In this document: one piece after another, positions 1 to 7,472 of the stretch
Position numbering within the stretch: position 1 is the first letter of the stretch
Layout of the letters: every line of letters begins with the position of its first letter
Source: Promethearchaeota archaeon
GTDB taxonomy: Archaea; Asgardarchaeota; Lokiarchaeia; Sigyniarchaeales; SOKP01
Length of the DNA: 12,718 nt
Assembly (NCBI GenBank): GCA_048941015.1
Contig: JBHLNZ010000080.1
Span: 1 to 12,718, forward strand
Direction: 5' to 3'
Notes under the pieces: generated by a model
What the model was told of the DNA's origin: nothing
The model's input: only the letters and a program-made list of their open reading frames with translations
The model's database searches: none
Made by a program: the position numbers and the translations under genes

Positions 1-390
1 GAGACATTAAGCGGCGGAGAAAGAAAGAGAATTGAATTAGCAGCAACTGTTGCTATGAGACCGAGATTAATCATATTAGATGAACCGGATTCTGGTTTAG
101 ACGTTATAATCACAGAAGATTTTATGAATATCTTTGAAAAGATAAAAAAACTCAATATGACAATTCTACTTATTACTCATAGAGAAGATATAGGGATGGT
201 TGCTGATTATGGAACATTGTTATGGAGAGGGGATGCTATATTAACTGATGAGTTTCCAAAAGTGATGCTTCGATATTGTGCAAAGGCAGGTTTAAAAGAA
301 TGGTGTAAAAGGAACCTATTTAAAAATGAAGCAGCATGTTTTGATGATGATTATATTGACAGAATCTTTCGAGAGGAAGAAAAATCATGA
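1..390 (+). CDS. sufC: SufC/SmsC-type Fe-S assembly ABC ATPase, C-terminal part (5' end outside the window)
   Basis: Frame 1 is open from base 1: ETLSGGERKRIELA (ABC signature), IILDEPDSGLD (SufC-type Walker B/D-loop), ITH (H-loop). The stop overlaps the next start as ATGA at 387-390. The ORF-track start at 55 is an internal Met. Confidence 0.9.
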   Translation, partial: ETLSGGERKRIELAATVAMRPRLIILDEPDSGLDVIITEDFMNIFEKIKKLNMTILLITHREDIGMVADYGTLLWRGDAILTDEFPKVMLRYCAKAGLKEWCKRNLFKNEAACFDDDYIDRIFREEEKS

Positions 391-1358
391 GTAATGGCGA
401 GTATCCAAACGATATTCTTCAAAGTTTAGAAGATTATAACATTAATATTCGAGATTTCTTACCAGGACATGGTAAGGGGGCAAAATTATTATTAAACTTC
501 AATAAAATTTCTGGAATAGATCAAGTAGATGGAATCATTCTTAAGGGTAGAGAAATACCAAATGGCATCATTGCTGATATCATTATAAAGGAAGGTACAA
601 AGCATGAAGATCCAGTTCATTTGTGCTTTGGAGTAAATAAGGAAACAGGTATTCAAGAAATTTTCCCTAGAATTATAGCAGAAGATAATACTGAAGTAAA
701 GATTCAAGCTCATTGTAGCTTTCCAAATGCTAATGGGTTAATACATAAAATGTTTGGACACTTTTATATTGGAAATAATTGTAATCTTACATATAGTGAA
801 ACTCATTATCATGGAGAGAATTCTGGAGCTTTAGTTGCTCCAGTTGCCTATATGTATGTTGGAGAGAATAGTGTATTTGAAAACAATTTTACACTCACTC
901 GAGGTACTCCTGGAAACGTCAAAATTCTGATTGATATATATGCTTTGGACAATAGTGTAATTAGATCTAATGTAAAAGCTTACGGGAAGAATAAAAATGA
1001 TTCTATTAGAATACGGGATTCTGTCTTTCTTGAAGGAAAAAACGCTAGAAGTGTGATAAAATTAAAAGCAGCTGCTAAAGATGGAGGTGAAGTTTTAATG
1101 TATGGAGTTACAGAAGGTAATGCTCCTCATTGTAATGGACACGTTGAATGTAGTGAGATTGTTTTAGGAAAAGGCTCAATATGCAGAGCTCGTCCATTTA
1201 TTCGGGCTATAGATCCAACATCAAGTGTATCACACGAAGCATCTTTAGGGAGATTCCCTCAAAAATGGTTAGATGAATTGATGGCTAGGGGTCTTTCAGA
1301 AACAGAAGCAACAGATATACTAATCGAAGCAATGCTTCAAGAAGATACAAAATTATAA
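387..1358 (+). CDS. sufB: SufB/SufD-family Fe-S scaffold (short SmsB type)
   Basis: PVHLCFG, AHCSFPNA, YSETHYHG, GHVECSEI and SHEASLG...LMARGLSETEA motifs typical of SufB/D beta-helix proteins; translationally coupled to the SufC-like gene; SufB versus SufD cannot be firmly resolved. Confidence 0.88.
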   Translation: MSNGEYPNDILQSLEDYNINIRDFLPGHGKGAKLLLNFNKISGIDQVDGIILKGREIPNGIIADIIIKEGTKHEDPVHLCFGVNKETGIQEIFPRIIAEDNTEVKIQAHCSFPNANGLIHKMFGHFYIGNNCNLTYSETHYHGENSGALVAPVAYMYVGENSVFENNFTLTRGTPGNVKILIDIYALDNSVIRSNVKAYGKNKNDSIRIRDSVFLEGKNARSVIKLKAAAKDGGEVLMYGVTEGNAPHCNGHVECSEIVLGKGSICRARPFIRAIDPTSSVSHEASLGRFPQKWLDELMARGLSETEATDILIEAMLQEDTKL

Positions 1359-1408
1359 ATATAATTAAATTGTTTAAATTATAATTTCAATACCGAGGAA
1401 ATTAGATA

Positions 1409-1927
1409 ATGGGAAAAAATAATTTAAAGGTTGGAGATAAAGCACCTCTATTTAAGTTAAACTCATATAACGAAGGATTAATAGACTTAGAAACATTAAT
1501 TGGAACCCAAAAGATTGTGCTTATCTTCAGTAGATATTTTGGATGCCCTATTTGTCAATTGGATTTAAATATTTTGCTAGAGGATGTGTCTAAAATTAAG
1601 GCAAAAGGAGCTAGATTACTATATATAACTCAATCTGGTGAAAAAGTTGCAAAAGAATATATTAATAAATATAATATCGATTTCCCTGTAATATATTCGT
1701 CTAAGGATGAGTTATACGCAGAATATGGATTAGGTTTAATGAATGCAGGTGCGGTTATGGAAGTAAGACATAAATTTAAGGAAGCTACAAAATTAGGTAT
1801 TCAACATGGAGAATATGAAGGCTGGGAGAAACAAGGGCCAGGACAATTTGTAATTGATGAGAATGGTAATATTATACATGAAAGAAAAGGTTGGTTATTA
1901 ATTTCAGAGATTTTAGAAGTTTTATGA
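1409..1927 (+). CDS. Peroxiredoxin-like (AhpC/TSA, thioredoxin-fold) redoxin
   Basis: LKVGDKAPLFKL N-terminus, FSRYFGCPIC (CxxC), LYAEYGL, PGQFVIDENGNI; SD-like GAGGA upstream. Confidence 0.85.
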   Translation: MGKNNLKVGDKAPLFKLNSYNEGLIDLETLIGTQKIVLIFSRYFGCPICQLDLNILLEDVSKIKAKGARLLYITQSGEKVAKEYINKYNIDFPVIYSSKDELYAEYGLGLMNAGAVMEVRHKFKEATKLGIQHGEYEGWEKQGPGQFVIDENGNIIHERKGWLLISEILEVL

Positions 1928-1958
1928 TTTCAATTTTCAATTAATAAAAGGATATATA

Positions 1959-2603
1959 ATGAAGGAAAATACTAAGTATAATCAATATCGCTTCTCTGGT
2001 AAAATATTCATTGATCAGATTCAACCATGGTTCGATTTTGGTACAGCGAAACCGTGGGATGATCCAGAAATACCATGGGTTTTAGATAACAAGGTAAAAA
2101 GGGACATATTAACCATTTTATCTAAAGGTTCAATGTCATTCGACGAAATTTATGAAAGCCTACAATTCTCTCCTAAACCACTTCTTATTACTCAAAAAGA
2201 ATATAAACCTAATATACAATACAAGTGGTCAAAAGATACTATTAGAAATCATTTATCAAATTTGGAATGGTACAACTTGATTTCATTGAAAAATGGCAAA
2301 TATTCAATTAATTTTCCTATCCTCAATTTAGAAGATAATATAAAATTAAACAAAGAAGCAAAGAAGTTAATTGAAGAATATTTAAAACCTTATGTTAGGT
2401 CTAACGAAAAAATTAGTAAATTAATTCAAAGTACTATGAATACATCAGAAACATACAGTCTTCTAATTGATAAAATAGTTGATGAGTTTTTCCTTTTATT
2501 AAAACAAAAGGGAATAATCCCAAATGAACCTAATATCAAAATTTTATGGGCAGAACAACTTAGAGAAGAAACTTTTGAAGAATGGGTTAAAAAATATTTT
2601 TAA
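1959..2603 (+). CDS. Winged helix-turn-helix (ArsR-like) protein, putative regulator
   Basis: LDNKVKRDILTILSKGSMSFDEIYESL...SKDTIRNHLSNLEWYNLISLKNGKYSI fits the ArsR-type wHTH pattern, with an insertion before the recognition helix; helical C-terminal half. Confidence 0.65.
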   Translation: MKENTKYNQYRFSGKIFIDQIQPWFDFGTAKPWDDPEIPWVLDNKVKRDILTILSKGSMSFDEIYESLQFSPKPLLITQKEYKPNIQYKWSKDTIRNHLSNLEWYNLISLKNGKYSINFPILNLEDNIKLNKEAKKLIEEYLKPYVRSNEKISKLIQSTMNTSETYSLLIDKIVDEFFLLLKQKGIIPNEPNIKILWAEQLREETFEEWVKKYF

Positions 2604-2604
2604 C

Positions 2605-2629
2605 TTCTTTATATTTTTTTTGCTTTTTT
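2605..2629 (+). terminator. Oligo-T tract, putative archaeal-type terminator
   Basis: TTCTTTATATTTTTTTTGCTTTTTT immediately after the stop of the last gene in the plus-strand run. Confidence 0.45.
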
Positions 2630-2809
2630 AAATGATTAATACGCTATAATAAGCTCTATTTTCATTTGAAGGAGATATTACGTGTATAACACTTAATTTC
2701 AAAAACCGATTTTATATGTTTTTCATATACATGTGGATATTTCCGTCCTATCACAGCAGAATATATTCATTATAATTAAGATTATAAAATTTTCTTGCGG
2801 TAAAAAACT

Positions 2810-3073
2810 ATGGTAAGTCCAGGAATAGGTGATACTGAACCAATTCTCAATTTAAAAAACTTATTTTATGAGATAGAACTCAATGAGAACCTTAAACAAA
2901 GAGTCGATAATATCCCTAAAAATTCTGTTAGTGAAAATTTACAATTATTAAAAGAAATTCAAGCAATTTTGAAAAATTGTACACATCTAAATAATAAGCA
3001 AAAATTTCTATATTGCGAAAGCCAAAGATACTTTATGAAAATGTATTTACGAGAAGTAAATAGACTAGAATAA
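2810..3073 (+). CDS. Hypothetical small helical protein (87 aa)
   Basis: ATG-started ORF with composition like its neighbours; fills the gap and ends 18 nt from the convergent VWA gene stop; no recognisable motif. Confidence 0.55.
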   Translation: MVSPGIGDTEPILNLKNLFYEIELNENLKQRVDNIPKNSVSENLQLLKEIQAILKNCTHLNNKQKFLYCESQRYFMKMYLREVNRLE

Positions 3074-3091
3074 TTTCTTCTTCGCTATTTA

Positions 3092-4822
3092 TTAATAATA
3101 TCTTTTAACTTCTTGAATTACTAAATCTATGAGATCTTTAATGGTTTCTATAGGATAGAGAGAAACCTTATTTATTAGTTCCTTAAATTTTTCTTTTGGT
3201 ATTTTAGATGAACCTATGAAAAAACCTACAATTTTATGATCTTTTTGGGCTAATTCCATCATCATTTTTTTAGCTTTGATCCAATTATAAATGCCAAAAT
3301 CAGTAATTATGAAAACGAGAACCTTATGATTAGCTTTTTTACATTGATTTGCAATTTCTTTTATTGGTAAAACTGTTCCTCCTCCTTGATATCTTAATAA
3401 GGTGTTTTCTGCTTCTTGATGGTTTGAAGTCCATTGACATATATCTGCTCTGTTTGAAAAATTGATGACACTAAATTTAGCCCCTTTACTTGCAGCATAT
3501 TGTAAAGATGCAAAGGCGGCTATAAGTGCTATATGATATGGTCCTTTTCCACTTTTCATCGTCGAAGTATAATTCCAATTCATTGAACCTGAAGAATCGA
3601 TTACGATTAAAAGATCAGGAATTTTTTTTTCCTCTATTTGTCCAAAAGATTCTTTTTTTGACCATTTTTTTGTAGTAATGTTTGGAATTATAATCGGACT
3701 CGTTAAAAGGGTTTGAATTAAATCTAATTCTTCGAAAGGCTCACCTATACGCCAAACTTCAGGATACACGGATAAATTGCCAATTGGTTTTTCTTCATAG
3801 ATTTTTATTTCAATAAGATTTTGAGCTAATCCTCTATACCATGTAGCTAAAGGATTTCCGTCAATTAAAATACCTGCCTGACTAGCAGGAGCCCCAAATT
3901 CGGAATATGGAGTGGTTTTTGCAAACTCTTCTGCTTTTTGCCTTAATTCATCTGCATTGTCTCGTTTTAATTTATCAGAATTTTTGTTCTCTAAAGGATT
4001 ATCCATGATTTCTAATATGTCTACTGGAAATTCTATTTCAGATTTTCCCTTAAAAGGAGATTTTTTTCTAATTTTACCTGATCTTTGTTGATATCCACTC
4101 CCAACTATAGTAAAAGTGTTGTTTATCAAAGATTTCAAGTGATATGCTACTTTGCCAACTTTTTCTTCCCATTTTGTTTCGTCCTCAAAATTTTTTAAAA
4201 CGATATTAGAAATTTTTTTAGCTAAGTTTTTAATTTCAGAAGGGGCCTCATCTTTAAGAATCTCAATATTCATAAGATTTTCGTAAGCAAGAAATAAAAA
4301 AATTGAAAATTTACTAAGATTATTTCCATTTTTGTTGATAATATGTTGATATGTTTTTTTTAATTCCCACGTAATCAGGTTAGAATACTTTTTATTTAGT
4401 TTTGTATCAATTAAAAGATCTGAAAAAACATTCACAACAACGGGTGCAAAATTTTGATTAACATATTTCATAGCTGCTTTTAATAATTTAGCATTAATAA
4501 GTCCGTCGTAAGGAATTATTTGATAATGCGAAATTTCATGAAGAATTATAGCAAAAAAATAATCAATGTATTCTTTATCTTCATTAAATAATGGTGTTTG
4601 GGCTAAATTCATCGTAATTTGCCATTTGTTTTCTAGATCGATATAAAATCCTTCTGGATTTGTATAATCAAAGATATATCTTGGTTCATTTAGAGGGGGG
4701 AAATAAAATTCTTTTATTGCCTTATTCCATGCTCTTTTAGCAAATTCAATTAATCTTCTTTCTTTTGAATTAAGTTCCGGTGTGCTTCTTCTAAAATTTT
4801 TTTTTTTATTGGATTTAAGCAT
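3092..4822 (-). CDS. VWA-domain protein with N-terminal putative zinc metallopeptidase (HExxH) domain
   Basis: ILHEISHY followed by NVFSDLLID in the N-terminal region; C-terminal VWA with complete MIDAS elements (VIDSSGSM, GGGT, IITDFG); starts 11 nt after the AAA+ ATPase stop. Confidence 0.85.
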   Translation of the reverse strand: MLKSNKKKNFRRSTPELNSKERRLIEFAKRAWNKAIKEFYFPPLNEPRYIFDYTNPEGFYIDLENKWQITMNLAQTPLFNEDKEYIDYFFAIILHEISHYQIIPYDGLINAKLLKAAMKYVNQNFAPVVVNVFSDLLIDTKLNKKYSNLITWELKKTYQHIINKNGNNLSKFSIFLFLAYENLMNIEILKDEAPSEIKNLAKKISNIVLKNFEDETKWEEKVGKVAYHLKSLINNTFTIVGSGYQQRSGKIRKKSPFKGKSEIEFPVDILEIMDNPLENKNSDKLKRDNADELRQKAEEFAKTTPYSEFGAPASQAGILIDGNPLATWYRGLAQNLIEIKIYEEKPIGNLSVYPEVWRIGEPFEELDLIQTLLTSPIIIPNITTKKWSKKESFGQIEEKKIPDLLIVIDSSGSMNWNYTSTMKSGKGPYHIALIAAFASLQYAASKGAKFSVINFSNRADICQWTSNHQEAENTLLRYQGGGTVLPIKEIANQCKKANHKVLVFIITDFGIYNWIKAKKMMMELAQKDHKIVGFFIGSSKIPKEKFKELINKVSLYPIETIKDLIDLVIQEVKRYY

Positions 4823-4833
4823 TTTTAGGATTA

Positions 4834-6561
4834 TTAATCCTCTTTTTGAATATAATCGAGATTATCCAAAAGGGTTCTTAATTTTAAGGCTTCTGAACCA
4901 CCTGAAACCTGGATATTTACAAGAGAATCATCATCAGTACCGGTAATATTAATTTCAATTAATATATCTTCAGTGCGTATTTGTTTTGTTTGTCTTTTAC
5001 TTAAAGCATCACTTAAAGGTTTATCTAAATCCGAAAATTCTGAAACAATATCCGCCCATAATTCTTTATGATAGTAATATTTAAAGATGTAATCAGTTAC
5101 AGTTTGTTTATAAAGCTCCTGATTACACCAATCAATTAAATAAGCTCTATTTGGAAAATCGATATCTTCAATCAATTTATTTCTAATCTTTGATAATTCC
5201 TGTATATTTCCTGTTCGAGTCGCTTCATCTACTCTTTTAGCTAATTTTGAATAGTGCTTATCTTTGATATTATTTACAAAAGGCAACAAATCAAATTGAA
5301 CGATTAGATCATTTTTCTCAAAATTTTTTAATTCTTTTAAATCATTTTCTTTAGAATTTCCATCCCTAAATCTATTTACTATTTCATAACAGATTTCTCG
5401 ATTTAGATACCTCTTTTGAATCAAATTTAGGATATTTTTTGAAAATTGATATTTATTACCCCAAAAGGGAGCTTTTTCAAGTTCACGTTTAGAATAGATA
5501 ACCCTATGAGAAATAACATAAGGCGCAATTGTATTAATAATATTTATATCAATTTTTTTTAGATCTAATAGCCAAGTTAAAGCTTTTGAATATCTTAATA
5601 AATCTTTTGCGGCTCTAACGCTTAATATAGAATCTAATTTATTGCATATATTTTGAGGTGTGTTAAAATGACATCCAGAGCATAATCCTCCACTAGGCTT
5701 CAGTTCTTCTGAATTTCCCCTATCTACTCTTGCACAGAGTGTAAATTCCCTAATTATTGCATGAATATAACTATTTATTTTTTCATTAAATTGAACTTTA
5801 TTCACATAATACCATATTTCCATTAACTCATCAATTGTTAAAATTTTTGGGACCTGAATAAGCTCCTCGAAACCACTATACTTTTCGTCTTTACCTCTCA
5901 ATATTAGTGCCAAATCTTGACTTGCGGGCATTGAAATTTGCACTGAAATTCCAAATCTGTCCAAGAAAGGCCCAGATAATTCAAAAGTGCCAATATCTTG
6001 TGGATTAATAGTCGCATACAATGAATATTTATCAATATTAGTAATCTCATCATAATATTTCACAGTTCCTTCCGCAAGCAGAGATAATAAGATATCTTGA
6101 GAATAAGGGGTAAGTCTATTGACTTCATCAATAATTTTCCAAAAATTGGTTACAAATTTTCGCCAAATAACTTCTTCTTCACCGTCTTTCATTAATTTTC
6201 CTAACTTCAAAGTAGCAACTAATTTTTCTTCAGTCAATTGGGGATGACCTCTAATAATTGAATTCTCAATTTCGGCTAAAGATAAGGAAGTAAACATTCG
6301 TCCTAGTAGTTTAACCAGGGTAGTTTTGCCACCACCATGGCCTCCAATTAAAAGCATTGCTGAATTGGGTACGATAGCATTTAAAACACACAGAGTTAAT
6401 ATTTCTGGGAGAATTTTTGTTCCGATTTTATTCTTATTTTCATCAAAGTATTTAATTTCCAGATTTTTTGAATGGACAAATAACTGATTTGCTTGAGTAA
6501 TATTGATGATTCTCCAAACCTTATTTCTTAATAAGTTTTGTTCTCCTATTTCTGTCGACAT
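4834..6561 (-). CDS. MoxR-like AAA+ ATPase
   Basis: Walker A GGHGGGKT (6322-6345), Walker B IIDEVNRL, sensor-1 ATINP, Arg finger FLDRF, sensor-2 LSVRA, lid APYVISHRV; adjacent to a VWA gene, as is typical of MoxR-family ATPases. Confidence 0.88.
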   Translation of the reverse strand: MSTEIGEQNLLRNKVWRIINITQANQLFVHSKNLEIKYFDENKNKIGTKILPEILTLCVLNAIVPNSAMLLIGGHGGGKTTLVKLLGRMFTSLSLAEIENSIIRGHPQLTEEKLVATLKLGKLMKDGEEEVIWRKFVTNFWKIIDEVNRLTPYSQDILLSLLAEGTVKYYDEITNIDKYSLYATINPQDIGTFELSGPFLDRFGISVQISMPASQDLALILRGKDEKYSGFEELIQVPKILTIDELMEIWYYVNKVQFNEKINSYIHAIIREFTLCARVDRGNSEELKPSGGLCSGCHFNTPQNICNKLDSILSVRAAKDLLRYSKALTWLLDLKKIDINIINTIAPYVISHRVIYSKRELEKAPFWGNKYQFSKNILNLIQKRYLNREICYEIVNRFRDGNSKENDLKELKNFEKNDLIVQFDLLPFVNNIKDKHYSKLAKRVDEATRTGNIQELSKIRNKLIEDIDFPNRAYLIDWCNQELYKQTVTDYIFKYYYHKELWADIVSEFSDLDKPLSDALSKRQTKQIRTEDILIEINITGTDDDSLVNIQVSGGSEALKLRTLLDNLDYIQKED

Positions 6562-6602
6562 TTAGTAAAATAAAGTGAAATTTTTAATATTAAATAAAAA
6601 TC

Positions 6603-6664
6603 AGTTTATTTATTTAATTTTAATCGTTTGACTGTATCAAAAGATTAATTTTTAAAAATAAACT
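6603..6664. repeat. Imperfect inverted repeat upstream of the AAA+ gene
   Basis: Core TTAATC-G-TTTGA-N5-TCAAA-A-GATTAA (6620-6648) plus outer arms AGTTTATTT / AAATAAACT. Confidence 0.45.
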
Positions 6665-6717
6665 AATAAATTTTGAAATTCTTGAGGATTAAAATTAATT
6701 ATTTTATAACATATGAT

Positions 6718-7068
6718 CTAGAAATATCCTATATGTCCTAAATCATGGCCATTTTCATCTAAAGCGTATACTAAACCCATAGATAAAGGTCCTTCATTAC
6801 CTTTTGTTGATTTAGCAACTTTTTTCAAAGTTTCAAGTTTTAAAATAAAAGTACCACCACACTTTTTACACTTAATATAAATTTTCTTTATTAATTTTTG
6901 ATCATCTTCACTTTCTTCTTTCTTAAGAGGCTCTAATAATTTAGGATCTTCATTATCACAATTTTTTAAAAAGCACTGATCTAAAGAAATCTTTTCCATA
7001 CCTCTTCGAGCAAGGGAAATAAAAGCGTAACTAGGAATCTCATATTTTAAATCTTCATTACCAGCCAT
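6718..7068 (-). CDS. Small hypothetical protein with a Cys4 zinc-ribbon motif
   Basis: CFLKNC...CKKCGG (Cx4C-x29-Cx2C) in a 116-aa ATG-started ORF divergent from gatC. Confidence 0.75.
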   Translation of the reverse strand: MAGNEDLKYEIPSYAFISLARRGMEKISLDQCFLKNCDNEDPKLLEPLKKEESEDDQKLIKKIYIKCKKCGGTFILKLETLKKVAKSTKGNEGPLSMGLVYALDENGHDLGHIGYF

Positions 7069-7160
7069 AATTAAGTAAAGAACAGTTTATATATTAAAAC
7101 TTTTGATTATATTGAATAAATATAAAAATTTTCTAGCCTTACATTTAATAAGGATTAATA
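7069..7160. promoter_or_regulatory. Divergent promoter region with TATA-like boxes
   Basis: 92-nt AT-rich gap between divergent starts; TTTTAATATATAAA on the minus strand (7086-7099) and TAAATATAAAAA on the plus strand (7117-7128) lie at archaeal-promoter-like distances. Low specificity in AT-rich DNA. Confidence 0.35.
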
Positions 7161-7466
7161 ATGTCAGAAAAAGAAGAATTTTCAAAAGAGAAATTAGATC
7201 ACCTCTCTAAATTAGCGTTACTGGATTTAGCAGAAGAAGAGAAAGAGAAATTAACTAATGAATTAAATAAAATCCTCGATTATTTTAAAAAAATTAATGA
7301 GATTGGCACTGAAGATATAGAACCAATGACTCACCCTATTGAAGGTTTAAAAAATGTATTCAGGGAAGATATACCTTGGAAATCGCTTACAAATGAAGAA
7401 GTATTGAAAAATACTCAACATAAAAAAGACGGTTATTTTAAAGCTCCAAGAATATTAAAAGATTAA
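7161..7466 (+). CDS. gatC: Asp-tRNA(Asn)/Glu-tRNA(Gln) amidotransferase subunit C
   Basis: HLSKLALL...LNKILDYFKKINEI.TEDIEPMTHP...NVFRED...DGYFKAPRIL is the characteristic GatC pattern; 101 aa. Confidence 0.95.
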   Translation: MSEKEEFSKEKLDHLSKLALLDLAEEEKEKLTNELNKILDYFKKINEIGTEDIEPMTHPIEGLKNVFREDIPWKSLTNEEVLKNTQHKKDGYFKAPRILKD

Positions 7467-7472
7467 AAACTT

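Noticed and set aside
55-390. ORF-track start at Met 55 for the ABC ATPase
   Set aside because: The frame is open to base 1 and includes the ABC signature, so the real start lies outside the window.
492-713. 73-aa minus-strand ORF
   Set aside because: Antisense shadow wholly inside the SufB-type gene.
1409-1927. Possible selenoprotein, since Prx-like families have Sec variants
   Set aside because: Both CxxC codons are Cys (TGC, TGT); the only in-frame TGA is the stop at the expected domain end.
2632-2672. SECIS-like ATGA...AA...TGA arrangement
   Set aside because: Stem pairing is poor and no upstream gene has an internal in-frame UGA.
4823-4836. Readthrough fusion of the AAA+ and VWA genes
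   Set aside because: Tandem TAA TAA stops, a further in-frame TAA, and a different frame for the VWA gene.
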